DNA of 64,000 bases from Phyllosticta citribraziliensis (GCF_038025025.1 NW_027117343.1:868001-932000); one strand, 5' to 3'; counted from the stretch's first letter, positions 48,701 to 61,500 are shown. Made by a program: numbers and translations. The notes: a model not told the origin generated them from the sequence alone.

Positions 48701-51361
48701 GAGTATTGTAGAAAAGATTTTTCTCAATGTCTTCAGAATGCAAGGCCAGGTAGGCATCCATGAACTTGGTGAAGTCGATTTCTGGCGAAGCACCAAGCTC
48801 GAGCAGGGTGATGACAGACGAGGGGATCTTGCCCTCGATGGCAGATAGAAGAGGAGTGAAGGGGTTCGGCCTCCAGCGGGTTTTTTCAATGGACAAGTGG
48901 TTGACGGCTCTTTGTGCGGCGGGTTTGTCGTGTTCAATAAACTTGTCCAAGAACCTCGGATCGACGGTAGCGTAACGGTGCAAGGCCGTAATGCCGTGCA
49001 AATCGGCTTGAGCTGGAGAGGCACCGAGTTCAAGCAGAAGTTGGGCCATTTCTTCAGCCTTGTCATACGGAAGACAGTGAGCGAGGACAAGAGTGAGGAT
49101 CGCGGATCCAGGGGTCTTGTCATAAGCCTGGAAGAGCTTGACAGGCAACAGGACGTCGGCGCCGAAAGTCTGAACGAGCTCTTTGACAACGTCGCAGTGG
49201 CCATTGACTATGGCAAGGTGCAACGCTGAGCATGGTGTGTCCCAGGCCAAGACATTTACGTCGAAAACGTCTGGCTCTTCCTCATCCTCCTCTTCTGGCA
49301 GGTTGTCGCCCTCGGTAGGTCCCTCGGTCTTCCTCAGCTTGACGTACGATCCCGTGGTTGCTGACTTCATTTCGACATCCTCATCCGAGTCTCCATCCTC
49401 AACGATGTCCATATCGTCGTCGGATTCTTCGTCTGCCTGAGCACCGCTGGCTTCCTTTTTGGCTGCAAGTCTTTCCTGCTTGCGGAGATCTTCCTTTTGG
49501 GCCTCCTCCTCTTCATTCTTCTCGCTTCTGGTCAGGAGAATCTTGACCATCTCGAGGTTGCCGCGAGCAGCTGCAATATGAAGGGCGGTTCGACCATCAG
49601 CGAAGCGAGCGACCATGCGGGCGCCAGCATCAACAAGGACCTGGACAATCTCAGGAGTGGACGAAGTGCAAGCCAGTTGCAGAGGAGTGCGACCAGTGTA
49701 ATCGCGGCAGTTCGGATCGGAGCCCTCCTGGGCAAGCCAGTCCTGTACGTGCTCGAGGTCCTTGTCGACGATTGCTTGGCAGAGGCGTGCCGTGTTGCCG
49801 ACGTAGGCCATCTCGGTCCAATCGTCGTCAGTGAGAGGGTTGAAGCTGCCAATCGTTTGTCGACCCGGGTCGTCTTTGATGAAGGAGATTTCGCCGGAAA
49901 TGTAGATTTTGCTTTCCTCTTCGGCTACCTCTTCTTCCTCGGGAGTCTGGGGTTTGGGGCAGTATCCGCAGCAGTCGTGGATGACATCGTCAACATCACC
50001 GAAAAAGGCGGGATGCCGATGGAGATGCACTTCACGGTCCTTGGGCTTATTCCACTCGGCGTTCATGAGCAAGTCTTTGGTGTAGAGCAGCTTCTCAATC
50101 TTGCGAGCATGAAACTTTTCGCCGTAGGGGATCGTAAAAGTGTGGTAGTTGGAAACATCTTCTTCGTCGACCCATTCCGCAACTTCGTCTTCATGGTCGT
50201 CTTTGATGTTGCCTGCGAGGGTTCGGGCGAAGCGGTTGTGGCGGTTGATCGGCGGTCGGCCCCGCTCTCGCCGTCTCTGGTCCATGTATGAGTCTCTGTC
50301 GGTTGACGTTGGCAGCTTCTCGAGCACCAGTAGCCTTGCGAGACCGAGAGTTCGTGCGAAGTTGCGCTCAAAGATGGTGGGGTCAATCCTGGCGCGGTCC
50401 ATTTGAGGCCAGTAGACCTCAAAGCCTCGGTGAGAGTACTTGGACAAGCGGTTTTCGTAGGATGGAGAGCGTCGACTCAGATCGATGGTGTTGACTTGGG
50501 TCATGTAAGCGGCCAATGCCCTGGGCGAGGCATAGACCTGCTTGCCATCGTAGGCGGCGCAGGAGCAGTCGACGTCGAAGCCAGTGAGAATTTCGGCGAC
50601 GGATTTGTAGATGCGGAGCACAATCTGTACATGGCGGGTGGGATATTGGCTGGCAATGGTAATGGCGTGCTTGGTCCTGATGGTTGTCGTCTCTTCCAAG
50701 ATGGCGTCTTTGACCTTTGCCTCAATTTGCCTAATCTTTTCGATTGCCTGCTCTTCGTCGAGGCCGTAGATGAAGAGGTCGACGTCTGAGGCCGGGGCAA
50801 TGACATCATGGTAGTATCGGCGAAGGGAGCGCTTCGATCCAGAATATTCCTCAGGGACGGGCAGAAGTGAGGTGACGACGGAGCTTCCGGCCTAGCACTT
50901 GGTCAGTATGAAGACAAGTCGAGGAGTGGAAATGCACGTACAGCAATAACGTTACTCCAGTCCATTTCAGACAAAGAAGACTCGGAGAAGAGATTGAAGT
51001 TTGTCTGGAAGTCTTGGAAGCTTTGCACAACACCAAGGGCGCCGTTTGGCTTCCGGTCTTTATCAGCAAGCGGCATCAAGTACTTGTCCGTCTCCTCGGC
51101 TGACTCTGCGGCAAGGTCGCGAGCCCGAATCTTGAGGTCTTTCTCATGGCCGGCAAAGATTGGAGTGATGTTCAGGTGGTTGTCGGCCAGCAGTGGGTTG
51201 GTTGGGTCCTGAGCAAAGACCTCTCTGAGTTTGGAGTCGTACTGCTGGTATGGCGCTAGGAGCTCGGGGATGGGGGTTTCTGGGTGAGCAGCCACATGCG
51301 AGATGAAGTCGGCATGCTTGACCGGCACGTCTGGAAGCACGGTGGTGGAGACTGCAGCCAT
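45784..51361 (-). CDS. Large (about 1800 aa) ankyrin-repeat protein with an N-terminal nucleotidyltransferase-like domain and a C-terminal histone H3-like motif
   Basis: Three ORF-track pieces join through 50-nt GT-AG introns 50941..50892 and 48027..47978. VIA|AGSSV, ASDVDLFIYG, GFDVD, ankyrin repeats (GRTPLQLA, GRTALHIAA, GLTPLHLA, GDTPLHIV), end ARKATGGKAPRKALFSRR. Confidence 0.9.
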
Positions 51362-52001
51362 TGCGAGAAGATGCAGCGAGGAATCGAGGGATTGCGAAAG
51401 TGAGGGTAGGTTTGGAAGTGAGTGGGTCGCAACGAGGTGTGGTTGAGAGGGAGGAGAAGGCGATGGAGACAGAAGAGAGCAAACAAAGAGGATTATATAG
51501 GAAGACGCGTTGATTGCGTCGCGCAAGTACGCGCATCACGTGTGGCCATTTGGGATGGAAGATTTAGGCGGCAAGACCCTGGTCTAACCCGTTTTGGGGG
51601 TCGTAGATCCACAACACCAGGCAACATGGCGCTATTGCCTGGACCACCTGCTCCAGACCTGACGGGAGCGGACGCGACTTACCGCTTACCGGCTCATCTT
51701 CGCCGCTTGCCGTCACCGCAGTTCCACTGCCGCTCGTGTCTCGGCCTGCATCCTGCCATTAGCTTTGCAACTTCACGGCAGACGGCATCAGAGCTCACCC
51801 TCATTGACGTCAGAATCTGGCAGCTGCCTCTAGGATTTTTCACCAATACGATTTCGTTGCCTCACAAGAAATCCGACTTGCGAGAATGAATTTCTTAGCT
51901 GCTTCGTGTCCGGGTATAGCCAGCCAGCACCATCCAATTGTTTTTTGTCCTGTTCCTTTCCCAGATCCGTTTCCCACTCTTAACCATCCCTTACGACAAA
52001 C

Positions 52002-53273
52002 CTATCGCTGCATCATCGCCAATCTAGCTGGATTGATACCTGCGAAATGGCTCTCTTCCGGTTGCGCCTCCTCGACCGGCCCATCGAATTGAGGAGCCTC
52101 ATTGCCACCGGCACCCTGCTTCCTATGCGCGCGCTTCTTCTCCTTCTCTTCTTGTTCGAATCGACGTTTGCGCTGCTCATTGAGCCTTTCGTTCTTGTGC
52201 TGGATGCGCTCCTTACGGGCTTCGGTATTTCCGCCGCCACCGGCACTAGAGGAAACCATGTCAGCGTCATTGTAGGTTTGATAACAAGCAAGACTACTCA
52301 CGTCAACTCGACGTTGATCTTTCTCGTCTTCCCCTTGCCAGCCTCAAACAGCGAATGGTGGTATAGCTTCAAGCAGCTCTTCATGTAGTCGTATCGGTCA
52401 AACTCGAGGAACGCAAAGCCCTTGGACTTCTTGTTGTCGTCCCGCATGGGCGCCCGGATCGAAATGGGATGGACCTTTTCAAAGTGCTTGGCCACCGATT
52501 CGGCATTGGCAGTGTATGGAAGGTTGCCTGCGAAGGATTCACGTTAGCCAGTTTCCGTATCCTTCATGATTTGACAGCATCATACCAATGAAGCAGATGA
52601 AGCGCGATTTGGGCTTTCCATCCTCGTCCACTTCTCCGTCCTGAGCGCCATTCTCGTCTTGCTGTTCTTGCGCAGGCTCCTCTTGCGCAGCACCCTGTGG
52701 TGCCGCGGGAGTCTCGGACTGAGCTGCTTCGCCATCGTTCTTCTTGCGCTTCTTCTTCTCCTTCTTCTCCCTCTTCTCGACCTTTTCTTCCTTGGTCTTG
52801 CTCGACTTGTCAGCGGGCGCAGATTCGTCGTCCGTCTCGTCGTGCTTTCTCTTCTTCGACTTCTTGGTCTTTTCAGACTTTTCAGACTTCTCAGACTTCT
52901 CCAACTTTTTGGACTTGCTAGGCGCCTCTTCTTGTGCGTCGGCCTCTGCCTCGTCGGTTTCCTTCTTGTCGGCCTTTTTCTTGTCCTTCTTATCCTTCTT
53001 CTCCTTCAACTCCGATTCTCGCCTCTCCTTCCGGCGCGCCTTTGAATTCTTGTGCTCAGAAGTCGCATCATCGGTGGCTTCGGTTGGGATGGCGACGAAG
53101 TCGGCGCCGGTGTCGAGAGGTGCGGAACTCGTTGCAGCAGTCTCGGCACTGGTGTCGACGGACTGGGCGGCAGCAGCCTCTGCCTCTTTACGTTTCGACT
53201 TCTTTTCTTTCTTCTCCTTCTTTTCGGAGCGCTCCTTCTTGCTCTTCTTCTCGGGCTTTTCGGATTTCGACAT
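52002..53273 (-). CDS. NOP6: Nucleolar RRM protein Nop6-like with a long K/E-rich N-terminus
   Basis: RFICFIG|NLPY (RNP2), KGFAFLEF (RNP1), RKINVELT|AGGGGN, C-terminal GINPARL. Introns 52585..52528 and 52301..52246. Confidence 0.85.
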
Positions 53274-53465
53274 TTTGGCGACGCGACGAAAAAAGGTGTG
53301 TTGGTGAAGGGAGCGCGTTGAGTGGTCGGGACGGGACCAAGGAAAGATTAATCGAGAAATTTTGCCGGCATTATTGTCACCGCCCTCACCCACACCCTCC
53401 AGCCAGAGCCGCCCACAGCGATCACCGTCTCCGCATAGCACTGCGCGCCACGACACCTGCCCGCC

Positions 53466-55223
53466 ATGCAGGCCGTACGGTTCTCAGCGCGACAATTGCA
53501 TCCTCTCCGGAGACCATTGCTGTCACCTAGCGCCCTCCTTCAGCCTCCAAAACCGCGCCCGTTCACCCACAACTCGCAGCTCCTATTGGTCGTGTCTCCA
53601 GCCAATCCACGACCGCAGCTGCCCTTCCTCCACCCCGCCGCAACCGAATTTCGATATCGACAGAATGGTGGTCAATGGCAACTATCCCGCTATCTTACGA
53701 CTGAGAGAAAGGCCAAATGGAAATACAATGCCTGGATAACGACCAGAACACTCGTCATCTGCGTCGTTGCTACTGCCTTCTTCGGCGTCGCACAATACGG
53801 CATTTTCCAGGAAAGGCTTGAGCGAGATCGACCAACTCCGCGTGAGTGGTCCTCGCTGACCCGTTGGATATACCGGGATGCCCGCGGTGTAGATGATCCG
53901 GCATGGTCGGTACTGGCCATGGGCGATCCTGTCGTTGCTGGACGGCGGTACAAGGACTGTGTCCGGCGATTGGAAGACCCAGAGATTGACGGCCAAGGCG
54001 TCAAGGAACAAGACGACATTCCCGTCAAACTGCTCGGCATGGGTAAAATGGGCTTGGATATCGAAGCGAAGAGCGAGCCCTGGCGACGCGGATACCACGA
54101 GGTGCTGATGAGTCTTGGACGTTGCGCCGAAGCGCTTGATACTTGGGTCACAGACAAAAAGCGGTTGATTGTTTTCCCTCCTGCAATGGTCATAGGGCCA
54201 AACAACCCCAATCCCCTGCCTGTGCCGCCTGGATCCCCCGAAGCGCCGCGAGAGGAGGACTGCAGGCCAGCTTTTGCACCACCGGAAGACTTTTATATCA
54301 AGATACTCACCACGAAGGGTTTCAACGCTCGTCAACGCATCGAAGCAGCAAACAGAATGGCAGACTTCCTCGTCAAAAAGGGGCGTACGCAGGAAGCTGA
54401 CACCATGTATCAATGGGCGCTCGACACTGCAAAAACCGCTGTCCCTGAGGGCGACAGCATCATCGACAAGAGCGGCGTCATCCAAGAAAAGGCCCAATAC
54501 GTAACAACCAACATCCTCTCCACCGCCAAAGAATTCGCTGCACACAAGGCACGAAGCGGCGACGTCGACCGCGCCCTCCCCATCCTCCTCTCCATCCTGC
54601 GCGCTCGCCGCCAAGCGCCCCAAGGCCCTGAGCCGGACCTAAACGCCGCCAAAGACGACGGCGACTTCATCACCACGTTCCTCTGGTTCATCCGCGAGAA
54701 GCCATACCCGGCGCCGCCGCCGACGGGCGACGAGCCGCTGCAGCGCACGTCGGCCAGTCTGTGCGACGACGCCGAAGTCATGACGCTGATTGGCGAAATC
54801 CTGTACGCGACGTCGGCGCCGTCGCGCGAAAAGGGGCTCAAGTGGACGCGCCAGGCCATCGCCGACGCCGAGCTCGCCCTCAACATCGGCAACCTCGACG
54901 ACGACCAGCGCGTCAAGTGCCGCAACTGCATGCTCGCCGGCCGCCACAACCTCGAGAAGATGGTGCAGCAGCTGGTCCGGATCGAGGAGGAGAGGAGGGC
55001 GAAGCACGGCGGCAGCGCGGCTGCTGCTGGCCAGAGTAGCTGGTGGCGCCCTTGGAGCAGCGGCAACGGCAAGAGCAGCGATCAAGCCCTGGCCGAACTG
55101 AACCAGGAGCTGCTCGATAATCGGCATTGGATGGTGCGCGGGGAGAGAGACGCTGCCGCAGAGGAGTACAAGATGATGCGGTCGAAGAATCCGCTCTCTG
55201 GTACGCTGCTCTTCAACACCTAG
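53466..55223 (+). CDS. Hypothetical protein, probably mitochondrial membrane (presequence, one TM segment, helical TPR-like region)
   Basis: 585-aa intronless ORF. Arg/Pro/Leu-rich N-terminus without acidic residues, TM LVICVVATAFFGVAQYGIF, helical repeats (A..MYQWAL, ALPILLSILRAR, LIGEILYA). Confidence 0.8.
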   Translation: MQAVRFSARQLHPLRRPLLSPSALLQPPKPRPFTHNSQLLLVVSPANPRPQLPFLHPAATEFRYRQNGGQWQLSRYLTTERKAKWKYNAWITTRTLVICVVATAFFGVAQYGIFQERLERDRPTPREWSSLTRWIYRDARGVDDPAWSVLAMGDPVVAGRRYKDCVRRLEDPEIDGQGVKEQDDIPVKLLGMGKMGLDIEAKSEPWRRGYHEVLMSLGRCAEALDTWVTDKKRLIVFPPAMVIGPNNPNPLPVPPGSPEAPREEDCRPAFAPPEDFYIKILTTKGFNARQRIEAANRMADFLVKKGRTQEADTMYQWALDTAKTAVPEGDSIIDKSGVIQEKAQYVTTNILSTAKEFAAHKARSGDVDRALPILLSILRARRQAPQGPEPDLNAAKDDGDFITTFLWFIREKPYPAPPPTGDEPLQRTSASLCDDAEVMTLIGEILYATSAPSREKGLKWTRQAIADAELALNIGNLDDDQRVKCRNCMLAGRHNLEKMVQQLVRIEEERRAKHGGSAAAAGQSSWWRPWSSGNGKSSDQALAELNQELLDNRHWMVRGERDAAAEEYKMMRSKNPLSGTLLFNT

Positions 55224-55508
55224 TTAGCTCTGGTACCGCAATGAGGGCGTCGATGGCGTAACGGGAGTTGAACTTGAGCGTGTCATTGTATCATGTTGAT
55301 TTTATCTACTCCATGACCGACGGGTCATTCACTGGCGAGGCGTTCTCTGGCACGGAAATATCAAACTCGACACTGCAGCTGCGTTGAATACCTCGAATTT
55401 CTTTTCCCGTCTTGCAGTGTACTTTCATCATCATCCAAGCGAACTTCTGTGGCAAAACTCTCAAACCGAAACCCTCTTCTGCCTTACGACCACGCCGACT
55501 CCCCCCGT

Positions 55509-56457
55509 TCAGTCCACCTCATTCTCCGACTTCGGAAAAAGCGAATTATAAGCCGGCGGCGCCTTCGGATCCTCCGGGGGTCTAGGAAACTCAATATGCA
55601 GCTTCTGGCCCCCCGTCACCTCCTCATAATTCAAACAGAGCGCCGTCAGATTGTCGACTTCCAGCTTGGCCACGGGAAACACCTCGGCGTCATGGCGCAC
55701 CATGAAGAGGGACTTGTAGTTGACGCGCGTCGTGGGCGGGAGATCGAGGAAATAGTTAAACTTGGTGGCAAAGATGGCACCGCGCAGCTTTTTTTCGTCG
55801 ACGAGCGGCGACGGCGGGCACGGCGTCGTGTAGATGATGCCGTGCTTGCCGCGCGGATCGGACTGGTTTGAGCGGACCGTGGCGGAGTGGCCGGAGGCTT
55901 CGACGAGGCTGTGAAGGGAGCGGAGATGGGATGTTAGAAGGGAGACTGGCTTGCTTGGAGGGAGAGGGTGGCCGGCACAACGTACAGGCATTCGGATTCG
56001 TCGCTGCCTACGTGCACGATGATGCCGTAGACGGTCACTTTCTGCCCGTCCTCTGGCCGGCGCAGCCTGGTCTGGATCACCTGCCGCCGCCGAAACGCGT
56101 CAGCTGAAATGGCTCGTTGGGAGTTTTGAGGATGGAGGCCGCTTGCCTTGCCGACTTTGAAGAAGGCTTTTTGTTCAGAAGGCGTATCGAGGACGCGCAT
56201 GGGCAGGTCTGGCTCCACTATTAGGGTCAGCTCAGTAAGCGAATGGAGCAGACGCAAAAGCAAGTACGTTTGGGACTGTTCAAGGGAATTTCGCCGTGGA
56301 CGCTGTTCGACTGCTGGCGTGCGAGCTCTGCGGCCGCGTCCATGAGGAAGTTCAGCAGGTACTGTGCTGCTGAGGGAAGTGATGGAAAATATGGTCTGAT
56401 GGCGTCTAGTGCTGGAGTAGCGAGTGTATTCATAAATCTGGTAGCGATGGACAGCAT
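55509..56457 (-). CDS. DUF6590-like protein (four exons)
   Basis: Spliced model with introns 56267..56218 (GT-AG), 56146..56081 (putative GC-AG) and 55985..55909 (GT-AG). FFKVGK|VI, ECL|LV, KHGIIY..PP, LPPTTRVNYKSLFMVRHDAEV match the DUF6590 pattern as I recall it. Confidence 0.65.
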
Positions 56458-57888
56458 TGTGTTGAATGGTGGAGGTTGGAGATGGAACGAAAGTCATGCT
56501 GTATCTCGACGCTGTTTCTGGGGGGATCGCAGACAGGAAGGTGCAAGTTGGGAGCGCCGAGAGTTCCAGCTTGACTGACTGTTCGTCAATTCCGAAGTGA
56601 CTACCTACTTTGCATTAATGAGAGACGGACAATCGAAGACATCTAATCCAAGGGAAAAAGAACAAAACTGATTAGATCACTGATGCCTTGCTCCAAGGCT
56701 GCTTGTTGAACCATTAGGCTTGATTGGAGGACATTTATGGGTCATGTCAAACATTTCCAATCAGAACCGATTGAGAAGACCATTCCAGTAAAGAAATGAT
56801 TGACGCAGCAGTAATTAGACACTGCGAATTATCCGCTGAGCACCTCCATTTGATAGTTCAATAAATAACTACCTTGTGCTGCCCAATTTGCATTGCTTAT
56901 AGCGGCAGCAAGTGCAGATTGTGATGGCAATGTCGACACATGGAGCTCAAAGCTCTTTCTGCTTTCATCCCTCACGGCAACTTCCACATCAAATCTAGAG
57001 AAGGCCCATGATGCCAAAGCACAACCCAGGTTAAAAACAACCAACCCCATCATTGAATAACAATACTGCCACCCATCTTCTTCACACTCTAGAGTTCTTC
57101 ACACTCCAGCACTCATCAATCTAGCGTACGCAACCAGAACCAAAAAACAAACAAACCAAGTCAACACTCGGCCGACCATTTGAGTTTGGTCGCACCACTC
57201 CCCACTCTCCACTTAACCCGCTTGCTCGCTTGCCCTCCGTTGAATAGATGGCGAGCTCTACGTCTTTATATACCTTACCCCAGACCTGCGCATAGGCAGC
57301 TAAGGCGCCGGCTGACTTAGTGAGTCAAATGCACATGCCCACGCGCACATGCCTTACTACCCTGAACATGTGTCCTAGTGAGTAGGTTGATGCGCGTGAA
57401 TGCTTTAGGGTGCCCGTGCGTGTGTGCCTTGTGAGTTGAGCACTATGATGTGCTGCATCACGGGCTATAGGGTCTTTTACATGTGGGTAGCTCTTTTTGC
57501 TTGTGGTTAAGCTGTGATGTGATATGACGCGGCAGGTATGAGACTACTCGGCACTATGATGCTTTACAATTTGCCAGCTGGTATTTCTGAGCGCACCACT
57601 CTGCAGTCATATTCGTTTCCGCTACCGCAAACTCCACTGACCAACTCTAACACCGCATGCTCAGGAATCCAACACTGCTGATTGCCTTTTTTGGTGAGCA
57701 GATTTTGATTCTCGGTACGTGAATGCCGGATGTTAGATCGAAAGTAGCTTCAAAGCAATCACGTCCCACAAAAACACAGGGCTGGGGAGTCTTCGCACCC
57801 ACACCCACCAAATCAGGTCACCATCAGTGCCGACACCAATGAATCAACGAATCAATCAATCGGCCTTGAATTAAGTATGCCAAAAGCC

Positions 57889-57912
57889 GAATCTGAATCT
57901 GAATCTGAATCT
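57889..57912 (+). repeat. (GAATCT)4 microsatellite
   Basis: Directly visible: gaatctgaatctgaatctgaatct. Confidence 0.9.
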
Positions 57913-58593
57913 GCTGGAACGCTCTGAAAGAAAACAGCAAAAACGACCACGGAAACATAGAGGGAATAAGTGAAAAGAAGGAAAATCAAGCAACTAAACA
58001 CCCACACGCGCCGAATGCACCCCTGTCCAAATCAAATCCATACACAAACGCACTCCATACGCGCGCTGACCCATGAGTTGTGCTGTAATACCGAGAGATA
58101 AAAGGAAAAGGAAGAGAGAAAGGGAAGGAAAGGGAGGGAGAGAGGAGGGAGGGAATCAACCACGACTGGTGGAATCTCTCATACACATGGGGGAGGAAAG
58201 GAGGAGAAGGAAGGAGATAGGAGACAAGGAGACGGAGAAAGGAAAAGGAGACCCAGAGACCCAGCTAGAGAAACGCCATTGATCTTATCTTGATGAGTGC
58301 ACCACTGCGGCCGACGACGCTGACAACGGCTTCGTCGTCGTCAGCGTCGCCACCAGCAGAAGCATTCATATCGTCATCGTGTCCATCGTGTAGGTCATGA
58401 AGCGTGCTCAAGTCGTCAAGAAACCCACCCCCGCCCCTAGCGAAGTGTCCCTCGTCCAGCTCTTCAGGCGCCGATTGCAGCGGATGCGCCGAATCAGCTC
58501 TGTGCAGCCTTTGTCGTTTGACCCGTAAAAATGACGCGTCGTCGTCTGTCTCGCCGTCCTCTTCCACCACGACGCCTAGGGCGGAGGTCCAAC

Positions 58594-61500
58594 CTACAAA
58601 AAACTATTCCGCGTACCGTTTGAGAGCTTGCGCATCGACGATCGGAAACTTCCAGCCGCGCTTCCCAGACCGCCCAGCCCCTTGAGATGCGGTGGCGGCT
58701 GCAGCTCGCTCAGCATCTCGGCGTAGCTGTCGCGTCGACTGCCACCCGCCTCGCTGCCGCCAGCGCGGTCGGGCGTGGGCACCCCGAGTTGGCTGCGGCG
58801 CTCCATGCGCAGGCCCTTCCAGCCCTCGAGCTCGCGCTCAACACGGAGCTTCTCTTCGCGGACTTGCGACAGTTCGCGCTCGGCGCGCTTAGCTGCAAGC
58901 TGGTGAGCCGAATCCGACGTTTGGAGCTCGTCGATGGATGAGAGAAGGGAATGAATCTTGTCGCGGGCTTTTTGAAGGTCGTCAGAGAGCATTGTGCTTT
59001 GCTTCTCGCGCCTGTCGATTTGGTTTTGAAGATCCTTGACCGTGCGGTCGATGCTGCGGGCGGCACGGGATTCCGATGAGCGGACTGCTTGGGCTTCTTC
59101 GAGGGACTTTTCGAGCTAGAATCAATTGTCAGTCACATGTTTCAATCAAGACTAATGGTGATGACATACCTCTTGAATCCGACCGTGGAGGTACTTGACA
59201 TCCTGACTTGTGGATGAAAAGCCTTTGGTCTCAAGGTCGATCAGGCGGAGCTGGAGGTCCTTAGCCTTCTTCTCCAGGCTACCCTTATCCTTGTGGAGTT
59301 GAACGTTGGCCTCGCGCTCGGCGACAATGTCCTTTTGCAGCTCCTGGGTCAAGGCTTCTGCGCGGCGCATCTTGCCAACGGCGGCGGCAGCAATGTCCTC
59401 TTGTTGAGCGAGACCGCTCTTAAGCTCAAGCAGTTCGCGATCCATTTCGGCGGCGTTGCGTAGGCTAGGACTTTCGCTATGGGCGAGCTCCTCAAGACGC
59501 TGAGCCGCGTCTGCAAGACGAGCTTCGAGACTCTTCTTCTCTAGCAAAGCCGTGTCGCGTTCGGCAGCAACGTCGTCTACAGAAGTGCGAAGCGTGCGGA
59601 CCTGAGACAGAAGGCTCACAATCTTGCTCTGGGCCTCGTTGTGGGCGTTGACAGCCTCGTCTCGAGAGTTGCTGAGGTCTTGGAGGGTAATCTCCAGGCG
59701 AGCCTTCTCCTTGGCCCAGGTAGAGCTATTGAGGACTTCATCGTCCCACTTGCTGCGGAGCTCTTCAATCTCCTCGTGCAAACGGCCATTTTCTTCCTTG
59801 ACGCGAATGACATTCTGTCTTTCGAATTCCAACTCTTGAGTGGCACTGGACAGCTCCGCCTGGTACTTCCTCCTTGTCTGCTCCATGTTCGTCTCCGTGT
59901 CCTCAATATCCATGGCGCGTTGATTGCGGTAGTCCTCCAATTCGTTTTGCAGTCTCTTCTTGGCCTGGAGCGCGCCCTCGAGATCGGCGGATAAATCCTC
60001 GATCCGCTCTTCGTACTTTTGAGCCTGCGTCTGCAGGTCCTCAACCAGGCCATCCATTTGTTTCCTCTCCGCCATGATGCTGGCACATTGTTCCTCGGCC
60101 TCGCGGGCTTGCGTTTTGGCGAATTGTTCGGCGCGGCTTGCCTTGAGCACAGCAATCTCGGCTTGCTCAAGCTTACTGAAGTATTCGTCTGCACGACTCT
60201 TGTACAGATTGAGGCTGGACGTGACATCGAGCAATTTCGATTGCTCATTGTCCAACCGAATCTGCAAGTCGCTAAACTCCTGCAGCAGCTGAGCGTGGTT
60301 GGCAGCCTCCTGCTCACGCTCATATTGGATGTCGGTCAGCTCGGAACGTGCATCTCGAAGCTCGACCTCCAACTCACGCTTCGCCTGCTTGATGTCGTCG
60401 AACGCAGCCTTGGCGTCCGCGAGCTCCGTCACAATGCCATTGTGTGACTGGAGAAGTGATTTTCGGTTTTGCTCTTGCGAATTGAGCAGGTCGTAGAGCT
60501 CCTCGTGGGACTTGGTCTGGACTTCCTTGAGGGACAGCTGGCCAGTGCGGAGGCTATTCTCCAGAGCAGAGACCTTTTTGGCAGAGTCGTCCAGCATATC
60601 GTGCAGCCTAAAGTTCTCCCGCTCAAGCTTCTGCACACGACGCAAGCTTGGACTCTCATCTTCCCAACGTTTGGTTGGAGATCGGTCAATTTGACCTTGG
60701 AGGTGTCGGTTCCTCAGCTCGGACATTTGGAGCTGGTTCTGTAAAAGCTCAACCTCTGAGGCAAGGTCCATGTTCTTCTTTTGCGTGACGGTATCGGTGG
60801 TCCTGTCAGAACGGACAGACTCGGCATTGCTCATTTGACGCTGGAAGGGTGGAGTGCCGACAGGAGTGCTGAAAGCACTAAAAGGTCTCCTGTTCTCGAG
60901 ATCCTTTCGGTACGAGGGGTTACGGGAGTGAGCTTGGTTGAGCTGGTTTTGATTCATCTCCTCGAGGAGGGCGCGCTTATTGCTCGAGTGTCGTGCACCA
61001 AGGTCGCTAAGCTCACCATCGTAACGCTCTCGAAGCTCCTCAACCAAAATCTCGGCATTGATCGCCCTTTCGTTAGCTTGACGGAGGGCCAGCTGAGTTT
61101 GGTCAAGCTCCTTGGCGAGATCGATGGCCCTGTCGATGTCAGCCTTTGCAGACTCGTACGTCACAGGCTCATCGCCGGATCCCTCTGGATCGAAAACCTT
61201 CCGAAGCAATAGCAGCTGACTCCTGGTCTCTTCAAGCTCTGCATTGGCATTTTCGAGTGCCGACTGGATGGTGCGAATGTTTGCCTGAGCTTGAGTCCGA
61301 AGTTGACGCTCAGTCTCAAGCTTGCGGTTCGAGTCAGCAAGTTGGAGGTTCGCAGTTGAAGCTGCCTTCTCCGCGTTGCGGCTGGCCATTTGTTCGCGCG
61401 TGACTTCGTGGTTGACATCTTCCAAGCCCAGAGCAAGCTTCTCCTTTTGCTTTTCGAGAGAGGTGATTGTGAGTTGCGCATCCTCGACTTGACGATGGAG

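Noticed and set aside
57400..57415. TTAGGG word suggesting a telomerase RNA template or telomeric seed
   Set aside because: Single hexamer only, lacking the 1.5-repeat TAACCCTAA template.
58265..58570. 101-aa acidic ORF downstream of the myosin stop
   Set aside because: Lies in the probable myosin 3' UTR with a non-ATG start. An alternative last exon cannot be excluded but is unsupported.
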